Source: Lingula anatina (Eukaryota; Animalia; Brachiopoda). From it: a stretch of DNA of 64,000 bases. Position 1 is the first letter of the stretch. Each line of letters opens with the position of its first letter. The position numbers were made by a program, and so were the translations under genes. The DNA lies in NCBI GenBank assembly GCA_051362555.1, contig CM120647.1:5394001-5458000 (forward strand), given 5' to 3'. Of this stretch, positions 1 through 12,829 are shown piece after piece. The notes under the pieces were generated by a model. That model worked only from the letters and a program-made list of their open reading frames with translations. It did no database searches and was not told where the DNA came from.

Positions 1-157
1 CAATAAACAAAAAGCCAAATAGGAAAAGAAAAAGGGATCCTGAAAATTTTATTGTCAGCAAAAAATAATTTGAAAAAAAAAAGACGTCAAAGAGCTAATA
101 TCCGTAAAGATGCTAATAATCTTGCTGAAGCACGTAAGGAAGACGTTGAATGCACAT

Positions 158-416
158 TGTAACTGCAACACGTGGAGCAGTGATTAGTGCGAGTAGTCAG
201 TGAGATGTGTTCATGTCACATGACACTCTGGTATATAGTTTAGATCCCGCCCTTACATTTTCAGTTTCAGCAACACGGGTCTCCGGGATCATATAGTTTT
301 ATGTTTTCATTAGTTTTCATAAGTTTTCATCAGTTTTCATCAGTTTATTCAGCGAAATACAATCTATTCAAACCAAGAACGCTTTTTGAGTTTTTAACGG
401 TACGGTCACGGCAACA
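158..416 (+). repeat. 5' LTR (259 bp)
   Basis: Starts TGTAAC, ends GCAACA. Matches 11095-11353 except one substitution seen (cactcTgg vs cactcGgg). Contains a short AGTTTTCAT tandem run. Confidence 0.97.
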
Positions 417-437
417 ATAAAACTATTCCCGGGGAAT

Positions 438-2330
438 ATGGAAGGAGACACGGAAAAATCTGTCATCTCTTCGCTGAAAACACGGTCAAGAGCGTCCACT
501 TCATCCTATGCAAAAGCCAAGGCCAAGGCGAAAGCTTTAGAGGTAAATTTGGAATATGTGAAGAAACAAACTGAAATTAAACGCCAAAGAGCTTTGATGG
601 ACGCTGAATTTGAATTAATTTCGTCTCAGAAGGATGCAGCAGCTGCTGCGGCAGAAGCCGCCGCCCTTGACACAGATTCAGATAGCTCAAACTCTGATCT
701 AGAATCACTTTTTAGACTGCCTATGGATAAAACAAAGACTGAAAAATACGTAGAAACTGTTCAAGGTCAAGTTAACACAGACACCCACGGTGTGACTGAC
801 GTAATGGACCCCCACGGTGTGACTGGCGGAATGGACCCCCACGGCGTGACTGACGGAATGGACCCCCACGGCGTGACTGACGGAATGGACCCCCAAAGTG
901 TGACTGACGGCAAGGTTCCCCATGGTGCAGCTGACAGAATGGACCCCCACGGTGTGACTTACGGCAAGGATCCTCACGGTGTAGCTGTCACGGCGGATTC
1001 CCACGGTGCCAAAGGTGAAATGCTCCATACGGATACCTATGGTGTGTCAGACTTTGTTCCTCGCCAGTCGCGACAAGACGTGACCAGTGACTTTCCAGAT
1101 TATCTTCGCGGTACACCCGGCTACTTTTCTCGCGGACCAGAGGTACCAAATGCATTCCTTCCAAATGATCCTCACGGAACGTCCGTCTTCTATCCTCGCC
1201 AACAAGATGTGCCCTATCTTGTGCAGTGCATCCCGCCTTTACCGCAGCCAGAGATTCCAGTGTTTAAGGGTGATGTATTGACTTATAGTGCATTCATGAT
1301 TTCTTTTGAAACTAGAATAGAATCTAGAGTTGCATCAAACACTGATAGATTGTACTACCTTTATCAATACACAGATGGTGAACCGAAAGAATTGATAAGT
1401 GGTTGTCTCTATATGCCAGATGGGTACAAAAGGGCACGTGAATTGTTGCATAAAGAGTATGGTAACGAATACAAAATTTCAATGGCATACTTGAATAAAT
1501 TGTTAGCATGGTCCGCTGTTAGAGCGGAGGATAGTGTTGGTCTCAAGGGGCTTTCAGTGTATTTAGTTAAGTGTCATTCAGCAATGCTTCATTTGCATAA
1601 TTTACAAGTTCTCAATCATGCCCCACACATGCAAGCTATTGTTAAAAAGCTTCCCATGTACTCCCAGAACCGTTGGAGGGGTATTGTTGCAAAGGTTGTC
1701 AGAGATGAAAAAAGGTCTGTAGTGTTTTCAGATTTGGTCACCTTTATTGAACATGAATCGGAGGCAGTCAACGACCCGGTATTCGGAAGGGAGGCACTTA
1801 AATCCGAAGGTCCCAGTGTGCAGACTACTCGCTTTCCACAGACAAAGACAGCACGCACGTCACCTATGAGGAGAACTCACACGTCACATCCACCAACGCC
1901 AAGGACCAGTGCACATCCACCAGGTTCAAGTTTCGCTGTGATCACTGATCAGGTATGTCCCCATTGTCAACAAACCCACAAGCTGAATGAATGTAGTGCT
2001 TTCTTAGAAATGCCCTTATCCGAGAGAAAACAACTTTTATTCAGCAAACGTCTTTGCATGGCATGTTTGGAGCCTAATCACATTGCTAAAGGGTGCTTTA
2101 ATAAACTTACCTGTTCAAAATGTCACAAAAACACCCTGCATCGTTACATGACCCTGATTTTCAACGCCAGAATGCAGTTACTAAGGTCAATGTGGTCAAT
2201 ACTGCTGTCAATACTTCAAACAGTACTTCTGTCAGTCAGTCAACCATGATAGTGCCAGTTTGGATGTCGCATGAAAGTAACCCAGAAAGAGAGCAGCTCA
2301 TTTACGCTATGCTTGACACTCAGTCAGATA
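438..2330 (+). pseudogene. BEL/Pao gag and start of protease, frameshifted near 2130
   Basis: DUF1759-like core (F.GD..Y..F...F) and knuckles CPHCQQTHKLNEC, CMACLEPNHIAKGC, CSKCHK/KHPASLH. The third knuckle is split by a 1-nt frameshift in an A run. The +1 frame continues to YAMLDTQSD. Confidence 0.92.
781..1010 (+). repeat. 27-bp coding minisatellite in gag (DPHGVTDGM, about 8 units)
   Basis: Repeated gacccccacggtgtgactgacggaatg units, translated as DPHGVTDGM-like repeats. Confidence 0.92.
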
Positions 2331-3484
2331 CCGTATAGCTAAAAAAAACACGACTATTGGTACGCGTATGATCGATAACTGATTTAATTCTCGTAAGATT
2401 ACCATCCGCCCCCTTCCTTATGAATAGGTATTACTTTATTAATACAATGCAACCGTCGTGTAGCCGCATGTTAGAAGACAATGTTTGATTACGCACAGCA
2501 GTAGGAGGCCGCTACCCCTTCCCAGCAAGGAGTCAACACAGCAGCGCGTAACCCGGGGTTAATTAGGGGTTATTAGCTGTCCACTTATGATCGGTATTGT
2601 TCGTCTTGATTGCAGCACACTTCCTACTCACTATTGGTTCGACCGCCTCTTCTTTAAATGCTCTCTCAAACCTTTCCTCAGTCAGCCCAGAATGGAAACA
2701 CGTTTATCTGCCGATAAACTACGTCGTTGATGTATTATTCGGCATCATTCTACAGTGGGTCATAAGGCTCTATCTATCATTTTTTTCGTCTCGCATTTTA
2801 CCAGATTAAGCTGACGCTCGAAAACTAAATTTAATGAATAATTTTCTCACGTGCACCGTATCCAGCTAATTTTACGACAATAACTACCACGGCACCTCCG
2901 CCATTTGCAAACCACGTGTTTCCAACTGATAGGCCAATACAACTATACCAGACCCATTGTACGAGAAAAAACCGTTTATATTTAATGAATTAAAAAACAT
3001 TTGAGGATTGGGATTTTCTATTGATATACTATCGATGGTATCCCTGTATTAAATCATACACTGCTACCCCCTCTTTTGTAGTGTATCATGACTCGTATCA
3101 CAAGATGGCCTTAGAAATGAAGTAAGACAGGCCTACACTCTGATAGTTTTTAGTCTATTATTAACCCTAATGTCGTTGCTTGTCATTCATTCTAGAACTC
3201 TCTGAGCCATCGCAAAATTATTTGACAGGACATTTAAAGGCTACTTCTTAACGGATTTTTTTTTTTATTTGCACTGAGTCCAAAATGTTCGAGGACGTCC
3301 CTGTCGTTATCGCCGTTTCTCGGACGCAGTCCCAGACAAAGGATCGGAAAGTTTCTAAATAAAAGAACTTATAAATGCTGCCACTAGCCATCCTTATTGT
3401 TCCTAAGTAAAGAGAGGCGATAATGATCTTTTCTTTCTTCTAGCTTAGTCTGTCGACTAAAATGAACAAGGTTAGGCCTACAAT

Positions 3485-4520
3485 GCAACCACCTATTATT
3501 ACGACCATTAATGAGGTTCTTTGCTACACTCCCTTTCTTCATGATCGCGAAACCAGTGGGGTGCTGTGTTTTAAATATATAAAAAAGGGTCTCGCGAGGT
3601 GAAGCTATAATAATGAAATAAAAAAATCCAATGAATAGGCCTATCTAATAAACCATGAAGCACGTAGTCTAGGCCTCTTCTTTGACCGACATCACATTTT
3701 TACATTCTTTGTTTTAATAAGAGGACGAACGTGGTCTAATTTGTCTTTTGGTGGTGTGTGATTTTGCTCGAAGTAGCGGAGTCAAGTAAATCGGTGATTT
3801 ACCGTTGGTAAGAGTAGCGATCATCGCTCCTGCGTCCTCATAGATTACTTTCTAATCACCCGTAATTAACGCAGTCAGGAATAAGCGCTCAAATAGGGGT
3901 TTTTGTATCAGGGAAAATTTTAGTATTAATCTTATTTTATTATGTATCTGTATTATGTAATCATGTAACTCATTTTCCCAAGGCAACCACCAATTATGAC
4001 GACCATTAATGAAGTTCTCTGCTACACTCTCTCCTCATGATCACTTGCTCGATCGTGAAACCCTGGAGGTGTTGTATATTTATTTGGGGTAGTTTACTAT
4101 AGCATGCTACACTCTCCTCATGATCAGCTGCTCGATCGTGAAATCTGGAGTGAAACCCATGGTTTATCTAACAATGGTTTAAATAAATAAAAAGGGTGTC
4201 ACGGAGGTGAAGCTGCTTAACTCATAAGAATAACGAACGAAAAAATACGATGAACATTTAATAAACCACGAAGCACGTATGTTTTGACCGTTATCGCCTT
4301 TTTTACATAAGATGTCTCAACAAGAAGGCAGATGTAGTCCAATTTGTCTTTTGTTGGTGATTCTGCTTCAGGTGGCTGAGATTAGTTGATCGGTGATGCA
4401 CCGTTGGTAAGAGTAGCAAGCATCACTCCTGCGTTCTAACGGATTACTTTCCAACCCCCCATAATTAACGCAGCCAGGAATAGGCGCTGAAATAGGGGGT
4501 ATTAAATCAGGAATTAATTT
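3485..4520. repeat. Diverged ~500-600 bp tandem duplication inside the nested insertion
   Basis: Collinear shared blocks: caaccac...gaccattaatga (~3486/~3984), ccgttggtaagagtagc (~3802/~4401), taattaacgcag...aataggggt (~3863/~4462). Confidence 0.8.
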
Positions 4521-5145
4521 TTGTAATTATGTATCCGTAAAATAAGAATCGTAACATTATCACGTATTTTTCCTGATGGAAAATATCATAATTTATGCAC
4601 ACTGATCGAATTATAAAGAAAATCTCCAGATGTAAACAAAGGTCAGTCAAGTATCACTCATCCCAGGCTGCAGGGCAGATATAGAGAATTGAATGAAGCG
4701 CCAGTGATCTGGCAACCCTACAAATTTGTCATAATGATTCATGGGCAAACAATAGAAGCATGAAATTAACACCTTTTACAGTGTGAATGACGACACCTTA
4801 TGAGGCTTTTGTTTCTTCCCCTGGGTTGGTATTACAAAGTAAGTATGTTGACGTAAGTGTGTTGACTTTTGCATGTTCAAAGGAACAATGGAAATGTCAT
4901 TTCAAAACAAAGAGCCACATTTCCCTACTTAGGTGGCCAAAATATTGTCAATGAAACGCAAAAAAGACAAAATCACCAGCTGTTACTGACTGAGTCTAAC
5001 TCAAATGCAAAAAGGTTCGCACAGCGACAAAGCGCTATTGTAAACAATGACCCGACGATGAGATCAATAAGATGTATAAAATGACTATTTGTACTATAAA
5101 ACTGTACCCCTGCCCCTACTTGTATATTATTACACACACAAGGCC

Positions 5146-5512
5146 ACCCTATACCAGAGTTACAGATTGATTTTTCATTTCACAGTCTCTTGCACTGAAG
5201 AAAAATACTCATAATTAATTTGCGGCCCTAGTAGAGGGTCTTCTCTCGCTTTCTCTCAAATCAAAATAAACTAGCAAACATGAAAATTGGCAAAATGTAT
5301 TAGAATGTAAAGTGTTGCGAACCCTTTAAACAAGGTGAATGGTAATATGCACGTTTAGACAAATTTTAATTTTAATTTCAATTAAATTTAATTTTAATTA
5401 AAATTGATATTACCAAAATTAGTAAATGTCGTTTGCGTCATGTATCAATATTTTTGCGCATAATAGTACCTACGTTATAAACATTCAGCAAAGATATTTG
5501 GAAGGCCGCTCT
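5146..5512. mobile_element. Dispersed repeat headed by a ~94-bp hairpin (MITE-like), copy 1
   Basis: accctataccagag...ctagtagagggt inverted ends. The hairpin and downstream sequence to tatttggaaggccgctc match 23188-23572. Confidence 0.65.
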
Positions 5513-6439
5513 TTTGTTGTTTATATCAAAGGAAAACTATTTGATACCCATCGTATCAATCATTATACCATGATAAGAGATTAGCATACTTATTTATGTC
5601 CCCAGTAATAATAACTTTAACAATAACAACAAACCTTCCTACTGTGCTTTCCGTTGCAAAAACAATTTGCCACGACTGCTTTATATATTAATAGATATTT
5701 ATAATAATGACAATTTCAAAATCTTCAAAAGTACCAACAGGGACACGAACTCCCGTCGGGTAGGTTGCAGACGACTCAACGACGTTAACCGTTGTTCCAC
5801 CAATTCTATTGTTCACGCATAGAGATATCGACAGCTCTGTATTGCCGCGCATGCCGAAGCTTTGCGGAAATTGCCGAAGGCTAGGAAAATTCTTCAAAAT
5901 ATACTTTTATTACTCCCACTGCCCTAAAGGGCTAAAGGCTTTCAGTTGTCATCAGACTTTGTAATTTGGGAGAAAAAAGTGAAACAGTAACTTCTGGTGA
6001 TGAATAATAGGTAATAGTGCTGCAAGGTGTTGTTTTTTATCCCTGATGTACGAGTAGCTTTTTCTACAGTTTCTATAATTCTCTTCACGTATGAAAATAT
6101 GCAGGTTTTCTGATATAATAAGACTTTGATAAAATCAAAACCAATAATACTTTTAAAGTCGAGAGTCGGGATAAATATCGGCAAGGTGGAGATATGTCCC
6201 GCCGGCGCTTCCGCAACAGCAAGACTGAAGGACGCAAGTTACAAAGCAAAACATGTTTAGTCAAGTTAAAGCCTTAATTACCGGTTTAACTTCGGCGGCA
6301 GTGCCTACTGCTGTGAGCAACATGCGCTGTCCATCGTAATCCCCCTATCATTAACACTGTCGGGGACGTGCGCATTAGCGCGTCTGATGTAGACAGCGTG
6401 TGCTATTAAAGTGACCGGGGACTTATTAGCTATAGTGTA

Positions 6440-9400
6440 TTTCTTTTGTTCTGAGAAACACTTCCGATTCCCTACAGTTACAAGGCACACCTGTTAAACT
6501 GTCATTGTCAACCATGTCTGCGTGTAATCAGATTTTGGACAGTAGCAAGATCTCCGGTTTATCCGTGCGTGCATAAGACGGTTTCGAGAGAATTACCTTA
6601 CCACCCTGTTACACGAGAGACGTGATACCAGCCAATCGCGATCATATTCCATCCCCCGGCATCGCCCGCCAGTGGCCCCATCTGCAACCGATTGCTGATA
6701 AATTGATTCCTCGAGGCGACTTTGAAGTAGGCTTACTCATCGGGTACAACTGCCCATCCGCTTTATTCCCGCGAGAGGTCATACCCCCTATGAATGACGG
6801 CCCTTACGCTCTTCGTACTAGCCTCGGTTGGAGTATAGTGGGAACGGGACTCGTTAACTACGATGGTGACCCAGGTTTCATAAGTCATCGTGTGATGATC
6901 CATGAAGTGTCCCCAGAAGTCAAGTCGTCATACCAAATGAACGAGAAAGTGATCTTCTGCAAACCGAATCGTATCAAGGAAATATTTGTACCAAAGCACG
7001 TTGCGCAAATGCTAGAACTCGATTTTAACGATCAACGGCTTGATACTGTCGCGCCTTCCCGTGAAGATTGCCGGTTTATAGACATACTCGAGAGAGGCAT
7101 CCACGTCACGAACGACGGACATTACGAAATGCCGTTGCCGTTTAGAAAGGAAAATCCTGTTCTACCCAATGACCGAGAATTAGCTGTGAAACGCTTGTCG
7201 TCTTTGCAATCGCGTTTTACAAAGGACCCAAACTACGCTCGCGAATACGCGAAATTCATGCAGACGCTGATAGACAACGGACACGCTGAAAGAGTCACGA
7301 GTGACGTCAGTAAATGTACATGGTATATTCCCCACCATGGAGTGTACAATAAACAAAAACTGCGTGTTGTATTCGATTGTAGTGCACGATACAAGAACAC
7401 GTCGTTGAACGAACATTTACTGAAAGGACCTGACATGACCAACTCTCTAATTGGTGTTCTGCTGAGATTTCGCCATGAAACGGTCGCGTTCACGTGTGAC
7501 ATTGAGAAAATGTTTTATCAATTTCGTGTCAACGAAGAACACCGAGACTATTTGAGATTTCTGTGGTTTAAAGACAATGACTTTGAATCAGAACCTGTTG
7601 ACTACCGCATGTGTGTTCATTTATTTGGAGCAACCTCTTCTCCCGGCTGCGCATCATTTGCTTTGAAAAAGATGGCCAGTTTACACGAACATGAATGCGG
7701 CTCCGATGTGAAACACTTTATTCACAGAAATTTTTATGTGGACGATGGATTGAAGTCGACTGCTACTGAATCAGATGCCATAGAACTTCTGCGCCGATCC
7801 AGACAGCTTTGTGGGAAGCGAGGCATTCGTCTTCACAAGGTCATCTCGAACTCTAATGCAGTCATCCAATCAGTTCCACTTGGTGATCGAGCACACGACT
7901 GTGATGTCATTGATATGAATGCAGACAAGTACTCACCTGAGAGAGCCCTTGGTGTTCAATGGTGTGTAGAAGTTGACCAGCTTCAGTTCCGAATACTACT
8001 CAAGGATAGGCCATTAACTCGACGTGGTGTATTGTCTACGATCAGCTCGATCTTTGACCCACTTGGATTTGTTGCTCCAGTTGTCATGGTCGGCAAGCGC
8101 ATTCTACAGGAACTGTGTGCTGAGAATTTAGACTGGGACGACCCCATACCCGACAACTTTTGATCACGGTGGGAGCAATGGAGGCTTGGTCTTCGCTCAT
8201 TGGAATCTATCAGTTTGAAACGCTGTTACAAGCCGCCTGAGTTTGGTTCAGTGTCAATTGCTGAAATGCACCATTTCTGTGACGCCAGCGCAGGAGGCTA
8301 TGGAGAGTGTTCGTATGTACGGCTCGTGAACGAAAGAGGACAAATACACTGTTGTTTACTCATGGGTAAAAGCAGGGTAGCACCGCTTAAGGCCGTTTCC
8401 ATTCCGAGACTTGAGCTGACAGCAGCCACCGTATCTGTGAAAGTAGCGTCTCTCCTACGCTCCGAGCTGGAATTTGAGAAACTGACTGAATACTTTTGGA
8501 CAGATAGTCGGATAGTACTCGGGTACATCAATAACGAGGCACGACGATTCCACACTTACGTAGCCAACAGAGTACAAGTGATTAGGGACTTCACCGAGCC
8601 AAACCAGTGGTTGTACGTTTCATCAGAGATCAACCCGGCTGATGTTGCCTCGCGAGGTTTATCTGCCATCGATCTGGCTAATCATGAGCATTGGTTTCAC
8701 GGACCTTCCTTTTTATGGGAAACAACGATCGCTTCTACGGAACAAAATGATTTTTCTCTTCTCCAAGACGACCCAGAAGTGAGGCAAGCAGTATCAGCGT
8801 TGTCTACGTCATCCCACGTGTCAATTCTGGATCGACTTGAACGTTTCTCGGATTGGTACAAGGCGCAACGGGCCATCGCCGTCTGCCTACGCTATCGCCG
8901 AATTTTGCGTCGAGAGGGTCAGAAGGCACACTCGCCAATCACTGTTGACGATATAAAAGGAGCGCGAAATTAAATTTTCAAACACGTGCAGGCCGAGGCA
9001 TTCCCGAATGGAGATAAGGAACAGTCTCTGAGAAAGCTCAACCCTTTCTTTGATAAGGAAGGACTTCTGAGGGTTGGAGGACGAATTCGCATGTCACCTA
9101 TGCTGCTTACGACATTCGTCATCCTATTATATTACCCAAATCTCATCATATTACATCGCCATGTTTACAGCACGCGCACCGATCATGCGGTCATCAAGGC
9201 AGAGGAATGACAGTTAACTACCTTAGGTCAACTGGCATATGGATCATTTCAGCTAGCTCAGCCGCGTCGAAACTGATATCCAACTGCGTTGCATGTAAAA
9301 AGACGAGAGGTTCAGTGGGAGAGCAGAGGATGGCAAATTTACCCGCAGATCGCTTGACAGAAAGCCCCCCGTTCACATACGTCGGCGTTGATTGTTTTGG

Positions 9401-10343
9401 TCCGTTCACCGTGAAGGAAGGAAGAAAGGAGGTCAAACGTTACGGTGTGCTGTTCACATGTCTTGTATCACGGGCTATTCACATTGAGGTGGCAACCGCG
9501 TTGACAACGGACTCCTTCATAAACGCATTGCGTCGATTTCAAGCAATACGTGGACCGATCCGATTGCTGCGTTCAGATTGTGGTACAAATTTTATTGGAG
9601 CAAACAACGAGCTTAAAAGAGCACTCGGTGAAATGGATCAGCATACTTTGTCAGAATTTTTGAGGGAACGACAATGCGATTACATTCAATTTGAGTTTAA
9701 TGCACCGTCGTCCAGCCATGCAGGAGGAGTCTGGGAACGTCAAATCCGAACTGTGAGAAATGTTTTGTCTTCTCTGCTTGAGCAGTCACAGTCTCAATTG
9801 AACGACGAGTCGTTACGGACATTGATGCATGAAGTGACCGCAATTGTTAATTGCAGACCTCTTACCTCTGACAACCTAAATGACCCATGTTCCCTTGAGC
9901 CATTAACCCCCAACCACTTGTTAACCACCAAAACAAATGTTATTCTCCCGCCTCCTGGTGAATTCCAGAAAGCAGACATGTATTGTAGAAAACACTGGAG
10001 AAGAGTTCAGTATTTATGCAATCAGTTTTGGTTAAGATGGCGCAAAGAATATTTGCAAACCTTACAAGTGAGACAAAAATGGTTAAGGCCTAGACGCAAT
10101 TTCTGTGTTGGAGATATTGTTTTGATTAAAGATGAGAATTTACCAAGAAATCTTTGGTCATTAGCAAGAGTTGAAAATGTTTATCCCAGTGATGATGAGC
10201 ATGTCAGAAATGTCAGAAAAGTCAAAGTAGCAATGAGTACTCATGCATTAGATTCTGCTGGTCGAAGGTTAGATCCAAGTGTGTTTTTAGACAGACCAAT
10301 TCAGAAGTTGGTACTTTTAGTTCCAAGCACTGATAATAATTAA
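6440..10343 (+). pseudogene. BEL/Pao pol (protease C-part, RT, RNase H, integrase) with stops and a frameshift
   Basis: WYIPHHGV, LRVVFDCSA, DIEKMF, HLFGATSSP, FYVDDGL, HHFCDAS, PRLELTAA, FWTDS, NPADVASRG, HHCC, GVDCFGP, SDCGTNF, GGVWER. Stops at 6574-6576, 8161-8163 and 8971-8973; frameshift near 9090. Confidence 0.95.
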
Positions 10344-11080
10344 TGATTTATTGCAGGGTTTAATCCCCGTCAAAGAGCCAATTGTTAACCTAAATGCATA
10401 CGTTGCAAATTAAGTATAGCATTTTGCTGGATTAATAAATTAGTTTGATGGTATAGTAGTAAGGAATTCAGTTGTTACAAAGCATCATCATCATTTTATA
10501 TGGATGTCATGCATGAACAAATTTAAATTGTAATTGCTATGTCTTAAGGACACACTGTACATACTTAATTGGTTATCTATATTTGACGTTTGTTTTTTGT
10601 TAAAGTATGTATCTATATTCATATCATCATTAGAACTTTTCAGATAATAGAACAGTTAACAGTTGTGGCGTCTTCTTTAGAAGATAAGGTAATGTTGGTG
10701 CACACAGTTAAAGGGTCAATGCTTAAATAATGTAGAAGTTGTAAAGCATTATTAATGTCTATTTCTATGGTATCCTAACGGTCAAAGGTCAATAAATGTT
10801 ATTGTATATCAATGATATCATACGGTATATGATTATTAATTATATATACGGTTTATCATACTTTATAAACAGTTTATTAATTATATTTACGGTTTATTAT
10901 AATTTATATACGGTTACAAATACGGTTAAGGGTAAAGATATTTCTGGTATATAAAATCATTAGTGATTTAGTAAATGGATTCCATGGTGTAAGGTTATTA
11001 GTGCTTATCAATTCAATTTGATTTAAAACGCCACTAATATAATGTATGTTTAAGTAATATTAATGTAAAAAAATAGTTAT

Positions 11081-11094
11081 TTTTTGGGGAGCCA
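11081..11094 (+). other. Polypurine-tract region before 3' LTR
   Basis: tttttGGGGAGcca immediately upstream of the 3' LTR TG. Confidence 0.7.
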
Positions 11095-11353
11095 TGTAAC
11101 TGCAACACGTGGAGCAGTGATTAGTGCGAGTAGTCAGTGAGATGTGTTCATGTCACATGACACTCGGGTATATAGTTTAGATCCCGCCCTTACATTTTCA
11201 GTTTCAGCAACACGGGTCTCCGGGATCATATAGTTTTATGTTTTCATTAGTTTTCATAAGTTTTCATCAGTTTTCATCAGTTTATTCAGCGAAATACAAT
11301 CTATTCAAACCAAGAACGCTTTTTGAGTTTTTAACGGTACGGTCACGGCAACA
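11095..11353 (+). repeat. 3' LTR (259 bp)
   Basis: Near-identical to 158-416 and followed by TSD CACAT. Confidence 0.97.
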
Positions 11354-12829
11354 CACATAACATAGCAGATAAGCAAAAAAAAAAAAAAAATGAAGAATCA
11401 CTATAGGCTGGCCCAGCAAGAAAGACTAAAGTAAAGAGAAGAAATTAGGGTATACTGACAGAGAGTCAAGTAAAAGCAGAAACCCAACAATCCTGAAAAC
11501 AGTAGAACAAGAGGTGCAAATTAACGAGAAATAAAAAAGAAGAAAAGACTCAAAAAACAGGAATCAATACTGAAACAAAAAAACCAAACAAACAAACAAA
11601 CAAAAATGAATAAATAAAAAAGGTCAAGCAACAGAAAGAAAAGTTTATATTAAAGTCTGGTGAATGAAAGTCAAACTGAATGGCACACAACCAAGCTCCA
11701 GCATCCACTGAAAAACGTGCTGAGTGTTTCTCCAAAAAACTTTTTGATTAATACATGTACTTGTATTATTTTGGTTAAAGTACTGCTGTTATATCTTTAT
11801 TTTGATATTTTTTTAGAATGTTGGCAAAAATAACTGGTAAACAACATGATATTTCAGTTACAAAAGTATCAGTTACTTGAATGTGTAGTGTCCGTACCCC
11901 CAGATCATATATTTAGCCTAAGGGGCGTTCTTTTAATTTGAGCGTAGCACAAAAAGTAATCAATATTGTGTTCTAAAAATGTGGATGTCATAGTTAAGAT
12001 GTAATTCTTTTTATCTGTTACAAAATTAAACAGATGCATCAGAGTTCATTTTTTCTCTCAATGTGACTGCTGTTTTGTATCCCTGATTGTGATACAGCCC
12101 ATTGTATTTTCTTCCCCCTCTGAAAAAAGCACTTGCTGCTGACGGGGAAGGTTTATATAAGGTGTGATAACACATTAAAAGCTAGTATATTGAGAATGCT
12201 ATCACACATATTTGGACACTAGAGAAAAAGGTCTTACTTAAATCACTTTAAGAATGATTCCGTTTTTGATACCGGAAAAGTGTACGGCTCTTGATCTACT
12301 ATCTAGCCTAAGAGTAAGGAACATAACAGCAGCAGCGCACACAACACTTCCAGCCATATGCATGGCTTTAAGCTAAGGAAGCCAATTAAAAACTCATTCA
12401 ATGCCCCACATACTTAGGTTCAACTAAATTGTTGTGTCTTTATACACACACACACACACACAAAAATATATTGTCCTAAAATAGTAAATAACATGTTTGT
12501 TTTATGTTAAAGAACAACATGGCTTCGGCCCTTGGATTCCAGAGAGTATAGAGTCTTGAATGGGTTTTTAATTAACTTGACCTATATTCAAGCATACGGC
12601 TGAGGGTCTGCTTTTAAGTGCTGTCTGCTGCTTCATCTGCATTTGGTGTTCTTATTAAACTCGAAGTCTGCCTTCAGATTCACACATCGTACTAGCTGGG
12701 TCGGTCCAACTCTGCGGCGGCTCTCAATTAGGTATAACCAAGGGTATCAGTTTCATTACACCCCAAGTCACATTAAAATATCCCCTGTATCCATGCATCA
12801 GAAAAATAGGCAGATTTTTTTAATGGACG

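Larger units (their letters stand above)
2331..6437. mobile_element. 4.1-kb non-autonomous DNA-transposon-like insertion nested in the BEL protease
   Basis: TA at 2329-2330 and 6438-6439. Removing the insert and one TA restores LDTQSD-ISFVLRN...PVKLSLSTM in frame. Imperfect TIRs CCGTATAGCTAA / CACTATAGCTAA (reverse complement). No transposase ORF. Confidence 0.85.
158..11353 (+). mobile_element. BEL/Pao LTR retrotransposon, full length but defective
   Basis: TG...CA LTRs at 158-416 and 11095-11353. 5-bp TSD CACAT at 153-157 and 11354-11358. Domain order gag (CCHC knuckles), protease (LDTQSD), RT (FYVDDGL), RNase H (HHFCDAS), integrase is typical of BEL/Pao. Confidence 0.97.

Noticed and set aside
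781-1010. Regularly spaced repeats resembling a CRISPR array
   Set aside because: No unique spacers and no cas genes; in-frame coding minisatellite within gag.
2120-2135. Possible programmed ribosomal frameshift between gag and pol
   Set aside because: The shift splits the third zinc knuckle at an A run, and BEL/Pao elements usually have one fused ORF. A 1-nt deletion or homopolymer error is simpler.
2597-6490. Short ORFs inside the nested insertion as cargo genes
   Set aside because: All are 80 aa or shorter, lack recognisable motifs and mostly have non-ATG starts.
10830-10930. AT-rich ~20-bp imperfect repeats between integrase and 3' LTR, possible env remnant or ncRNA
   Set aside because: No ORF or defined structure; ordinary low-complexity 3' UTR repeat.
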